Virus record (IMG/VR): IMGVR_UViG_3300025103_000113
Coordinates: 1-28,893 of that record
Length of the DNA stretch: 28,893 nucleotides
Direction: 5' to 3' (one strand)
Source of the DNA: a virus
Lineage: Duplodnaviria; Caudoviricetes
Every line of letters begins with the position of its first letter. Position 1 is the stretch's first letter. Shown here in pieces: positions 25,376 to 28,893 of the stretch. Below the pieces are notes generated by a model, which made no database searches, had not been told where the DNA came from, and saw nothing but the letters and a program-made list of their open reading frames with translations. Made by a program: the position numbers and the translations under genes.

Positions 25376-26122
25376 TCAAATTTCTACGTTGTGTTTTTGA
25401 TAAACCTTGTCACGAATCTTGTGCAAGTAGTCTATCTGATCTTTTGTGGAGGCTCCTCGTAAGAGAGATTTCTCTGGAGGGGCTAAGCCCTCTTCTTTCT
25501 GAAAGCCAGTTGGAATGTTCACGCTACCTGAAGTCATCTTAGGAGCAGGTGAACCACCAGCTTGATTGAAGAGTTGAAGTGCTGCTTGAGGACTTGCCTG
25601 TGACAAGCTCTTAAGAGCATCGACAGTCATGCCTAGTTCAGTAGCTTTAGCAGAGACCACCTCTTGTGTTTTGTCTCCAAACTGGCTGAATAGTGCATCA
25701 CTAACTTGCTTCTCATTGCCCATAGCCTGCGTCTGCGCTGACTGCTGTGCTGAGAAGTTTTGAACGAGGTTTAGTACGTCCTGCTCGTTCAGTCCACTAA
25801 CTTGAGGGGTAGACTCAGGTTGGGCCTGCTGTGCAGTGAGCTTATCTACAACGTCTTCCACTGCTGCTCTCTTGCTTAACTCTTCTGTTAGTCTTGCTAT
25901 TTCAGCCTCCTTAGAGGCAACTTCATCCTTCAATTGAGGAATGAACTGCTGAGAGTGAGCTAATGCATCAAGTGCTTTAGGGACATCGTTATATTTCTGC
26001 TCTCCATTCTCATTCTTAATCATACTTAACTGGTTAGTAAAAGCTGATTCTTGAGAAGGTTGTTGTGCAGGGGTTTCCTGCGGTTGATTATTACCAAATG
26101 CTGTTTGAGGCTGGTCTGCCAT
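25376..26122 (-). CDS. Capsid scaffolding protein
   Basis: Gln/Glu-rich coiled coil; GEQKY..V..AL..L.HSQ.FI..L motif; lies between portal and MCP. Confidence 0.8.
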   Translation of the reverse strand: MADQPQTAFGNNQPQETPAQQPSQESAFTNQLSMIKNENGEQKYNDVPKALDALAHSQQFIPQLKDEVASKEAEIARLTEELSKRAAVEDVVDKLTAQQAQPESTPQVSGLNEQDVLNLVQNFSAQQSAQTQAMGNEKQVSDALFSQFGDKTQEVVSAKATELGMTVDALKSLSQASPQAALQLFNQAGGSPAPKMTSGSVNIPTGFQKEEGLAPPEKSLLRGASTKDQIDYLHKIRDKVYQKHNVEI

Positions 26123-26186
26123 ATAGAACCTTTATGTTATGTTATTAATATAAATAATAATGTATATGCTGTATATTCTTAGTATA

Positions 26187-26229
26187 CTACTATATACTAG
26201 AAATATTGAGTTTTTCCGGTAATTATTTT
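26187..26229 (-). promoter_or_regulatory. Putative late promoter for the scaffold/capsid genes
   Basis: AT-rich intergenic region; TTACCG-N17-TAGTAT on the - strand about 65 nt upstream of the scaffold ATG; exact copy at 3857-3899. Confidence 0.75.
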
Positions 26230-26462
26230 TCTAGAAGACTTACTATTTCTTCTAGTGCTCTCCTATAGCCAATGATGTCAGCTTGTTGGTAGCACCAGTT
26301 GGGATTGTCATACTGTGTCTTGTTTGTAGTGAGAGCAGACTCTATCTTCTCTGAGCATATCTCAGTAAGTCTAGCCCTCACCACTGTAGCAGACTTGAAA
26401 GCAGACTTAATGTCTGCCTCCAATTGACTATCTACACCTTTAGTCCAAGTTGTCTTCATCAC
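26223..26462 (-). CDS. Small hypothetical protein after the portal
   Basis: Overlaps the portal stop; YDNPNWCYQQADIIGYRRAL. Confidence 0.75.
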   Translation of the reverse strand: MMKTTWTKGVDSQLEADIKSAFKSATVVRARLTEICSEKIESALTTNKTQYDNPNWCYQQADIIGYRRALEEIVSLLEK

Positions 26463-28210
26463 TCACCCATTGTAGGAGCAGTGTCCCTTACTAATGCTTC
26501 TTCTCCTGCCCTGCTAACTAGAGATGCAGTTTCCTGCTGCTCAAATACAGCAACGTTAGGGGTGAAGATGTTATAGCCAGAGAGTCCTGTAATATCCTCT
26601 ACGAAGTCTGTAAGAGCCTTAGCAGAAGTGTGAGGCATAATCATCTGACCAAGAGGAGAGTTGAATACAGTCATGACGTTCTGCAAGTCCTGAGACTGCT
26701 TAGCGAAGTGTCTAGCGCCAATAGGCCTAACTACACCATTAGCTGTAATGTCCTCTCTAGTGACGCTCAGGAAGTCCTGAATGCCTAGTTCACTATCAGT
26801 GATACGAATGATGTCAGTGATGTCTAGGTTACGTCTAGCAGACTCTAGCATATCATTAAGCAAAGGCTCAAGGAGATTGACTTCGAAGTTAGTCACCTTA
26901 GTCTGGAAGATACGACCAGCTGCTGTAGCTAGCTGCATCACTTCTCCAAGGGTTTTCTCTCCGGGAGTACGTATGCCAGCTGCTTCTCTTGGAGCACCTG
27001 CATATAGCTCCATACGGTCTTCTATGGCTGCCATCTCACTAGCTGCTGCCATAATACCATTGAGGTTCTTACCTAACTCCTGTACGTCACCATTCTCATC
27101 AATAGCTATCTCTACACCTGGCCCCCATACAAACTCTTCCACTTCACCAATCACCTTCAATGGTGGGTGAACTGTTAAGTCCATAGCATCAGCCTTTAGG
27201 TTCTCTAGATGATCTAAGCGATATTGAAGCCCTACAAGGTTGTCTAGTGGCCCCATAGCCCATAGGTTGTCTGGCCTGAATCTCCAGCCTACGTGACGTA
27301 TATTGGCTCCTGTGAACCATGTTGGTGTAGCCTCATTCCTCACTGTATAAGATCTGTCTACGACAGTGATGATACGGTCTGTCTGTAGTGTGCCTGTAGC
27401 AGAGTCGTGGTAGTCCCCAAAGAACTCCAGTATCTCCACATAGTCAGACATGTAATATTCATACATATTACCAAAGCCATCAGCTTGGTATTGTACAGCC
27501 TTATCAAAGTCCTCTATGCTGTAGCCACCAGCTACGCTCTGTATGGCCTCTCTACGCTCAATAGCATCTTCCCAGAAGCGTTGATCAGGGTCTTGTGCAG
27601 CTAGCTTCTTAAGCTCCCCTATGGTCTTGATACTTCTAACCACCTTAAAGCTATCATCGAAAGTAGCTGCTAAGGGGTTGAATACAATGTCTAAGGGACT
27701 TATACGTCCAGCCCTCGGGCCTACATAGTCTGGGATGATTGTCCCGTCAGAGGCTTCCTTGTAGCGTGCTTCAAAGTGTGAGGTGACGAAGGCATTACCC
27801 TTGTCGATATAATCATACAAACACTTCTCTATCTCTGTCCTAAACTTAGTCTCTCTCACCTTGTTAGACATGTAGCCTTCAATGGCTTCTGACTTAGCCT
27901 TAAGACTATCCTCTCTGCTATATGCTTCCCACTTCACCCAGTTGTCATTAGGGAAGAGTGCTGAGACATAGTTAGAGAACAGGTTGTCTCTTATCTGACA
28001 CAGCTTAGGGATGGTTGTTGAGTTCTTCCAAGGGAGGGTAGAGTTGGTTGTAGTGGAGGTGTCTGTAGCAAAGACATAAGAGTCCTGCTCCTTCCACTCC
28101 TCAATCTTATCTCTCCTCTGTTGGTTAAACTTGTCCCACAGTTGGCTAACCCATGCAGCTTCTGCATCTTGCCCTGTGGACTGCTGAATTTCTGCTACCT
28201 TGTCACTCAC
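26459..28210 (-). CDS. Portal protein
   Basis: 583 aa between terminase and scaffold; PWKNSTTIPKL, RISPLDIVFNP, WAMGPLDNLVG, GIRTPGEKT; GTG start with SD GAGG. Confidence 0.9.
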   Translation of the reverse strand: MSDKVAEIQQSTGQDAEAAWVSQLWDKFNQQRRDKIEEWKEQDSYVFATDTSTTTNSTLPWKNSTTIPKLCQIRDNLFSNYVSALFPNDNWVKWEAYSREDSLKAKSEAIEGYMSNKVRETKFRTEIEKCLYDYIDKGNAFVTSHFEARYKEASDGTIIPDYVGPRAGRISPLDIVFNPLAATFDDSFKVVRSIKTIGELKKLAAQDPDQRFWEDAIERREAIQSVAGGYSIEDFDKAVQYQADGFGNMYEYYMSDYVEILEFFGDYHDSATGTLQTDRIITVVDRSYTVRNEATPTWFTGANIRHVGWRFRPDNLWAMGPLDNLVGLQYRLDHLENLKADAMDLTVHPPLKVIGEVEEFVWGPGVEIAIDENGDVQELGKNLNGIMAAASEMAAIEDRMELYAGAPREAAGIRTPGEKTLGEVMQLATAAGRIFQTKVTNFEVNLLEPLLNDMLESARRNLDITDIIRITDSELGIQDFLSVTREDITANGVVRPIGARHFAKQSQDLQNVMTVFNSPLGQMIMPHTSAKALTDFVEDITGLSGYNIFTPNVAVFEQQETASLVSRAGEEALVRDTAPTMGE

Positions 28211-28341
28211 TGGTCTTTCCTCGTCTTATATTCTCTTTGGGCCATATCTAGCACCACCCAGCCTTCATAGTATGTAAAGTTTCTATGCCAGACCCCCACT
28301 TGCTTTAAGTAGGCTCTGGCTTGTATGTAGGTTAGTGGAAT
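28207..28341 (-). CDS. Possible 44-aa gene between terminase and portal (start uncertain, possibly ATT)
   Basis: Open frame IPLTYIQARAYLKQVGVWHRNFTYYEGWVVLDMAQREYKTRKDQ* ends in a GTGA overlap with the portal start. Confidence 0.4.
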   Translation of the reverse strand: MPLTYIQARAYLKQVGVWHRNFTYYEGWVVLDMAQREYKTRKDQ

Positions 28342-28892
28342 GCCACACCCCCGAAACGGTTTGAGGTTTGTATACCTCCTGTAAAGAAGTCTTCCATCTT
28401 ATTCCTATTGGACTGCTTTGGAGCCACAGCTATATCTACAGCAGAAGCTAGGGAGTCTTTCAAGTCATCGTGAGGAGGACGTGCTAGGACAAGCTCTTCT
28501 TCAAGCTGCTGAGTCCAACCACCTTCACAATGCCAAACCTCTAGGTTATCATACCTATGCTCTAGAGAAGCCTTAATACGCTCCTCCTTGCTTCCCTCAG
28601 TCTTCCCAGGCCTAAACTCATCAACAGGAAGGGACATGCCCTCCTTCTTCAAGTAGTCCTTGATGCTGTTCACAATGACTGTCTGAGCCACTGTCACTTC
28701 AGCTCTAAGCTTATTAAACCCCCAACGGGAGTGTAAGGCTGCTATGTGCTTAAAGTATACATGAGCCTTGTCAGACTTAAACCTGTCTATGTCTAAGACA
28801 TATATGTTCTTATTACAGTCTATGCCTATTACCACAATGGCTGTGTAATCAGCTTCTTTGGAGAGGCTGAATGCAAAGTCTATGGCTGCATA
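28332..28892 (-). CDS. terL: Terminase large subunit, C-terminal nuclease domain (partial)
   Basis: YAAIDFAFS....DYTAIVVIG, KEERI, PPHDDLKDSLA; frame runs off the window end. Confidence 0.92.
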   Translation of the reverse strand, partial: YAAIDFAFSLSKEADYTAIVVIGIDCNKNIYVLDIDRFKSDKAHVYFKHIAALHSRWGFNKLRAEVTVAQTVIVNSIKDYLKKEGMSLPVDEFRPGKTEGSKEERIKASLEHRYDNLEVWHCEGGWTQQLEEELVLARPPHDDLKDSLASAVDIAVAPKQSNRNKMEDFFTGGIQTSNRFGGVAFH

Positions 28893-28893
28893 T

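Noticed and set aside
259-27604. Many antisense or alternate-frame ORFs (e.g. 259-615, 2823-3224, 3886-4164, 12704-13168, 24614-24937, 26781-27170)
   Set aside because: They shadow well-supported genes and show no recognisable motifs.
1-28893. tRNA, rRNA, CRISPR arrays, or genome-wide stop-codon reassignment
   Set aside because: No cloverleaf or repeat-spacer pattern seen; TAA, TAG and TGA all end well-defined genes, so the in-frame TAA at 10008 is not explained by recoding.

Overview
Part of a lytic podovirus-type phage genome with LUZ24/PaP3- or Zobellviridae-like organisation, in two convergent halves. The + strand (1-5294) carries nucleotide-metabolism/replication-region genes: metallophosphoesterase, PhoH, ClpP-like protease, CGPC glutaredoxin and a class II B12-dependent ribonucleotide reductase. 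The reductase is split by a 793-nt group I intron (3617-4409) that encodes a zinc-finger/His-Me homing endonuclease. The - strand (28893 to 5362) is the late operon: terminase large subunit (partial), portal, scaffold, major capsid, tail tubular A/B, internal virion proteins, T4-type lysozyme, a complex fibre/appendage cassette and lysis genes (u-spanin, putative holin). Three features stand out. (1) The intron carries a perfect 43-bp copy of the promoter-like sequence that precedes the scaffold/capsid genes 22 kb away. (2) In the fibre cassette an FN3 domain is split across two adjacent in-frame genes, and the downstream protein has three 'headless' FN3 halves. (3) The cassette also encodes two proteins with 22-24-aa repeats, two probably related small subunits and a subtilisin, suggesting a modular strand-complementation appendage. 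Functional calls come from motifs and gene order read by eye; no searches were run.
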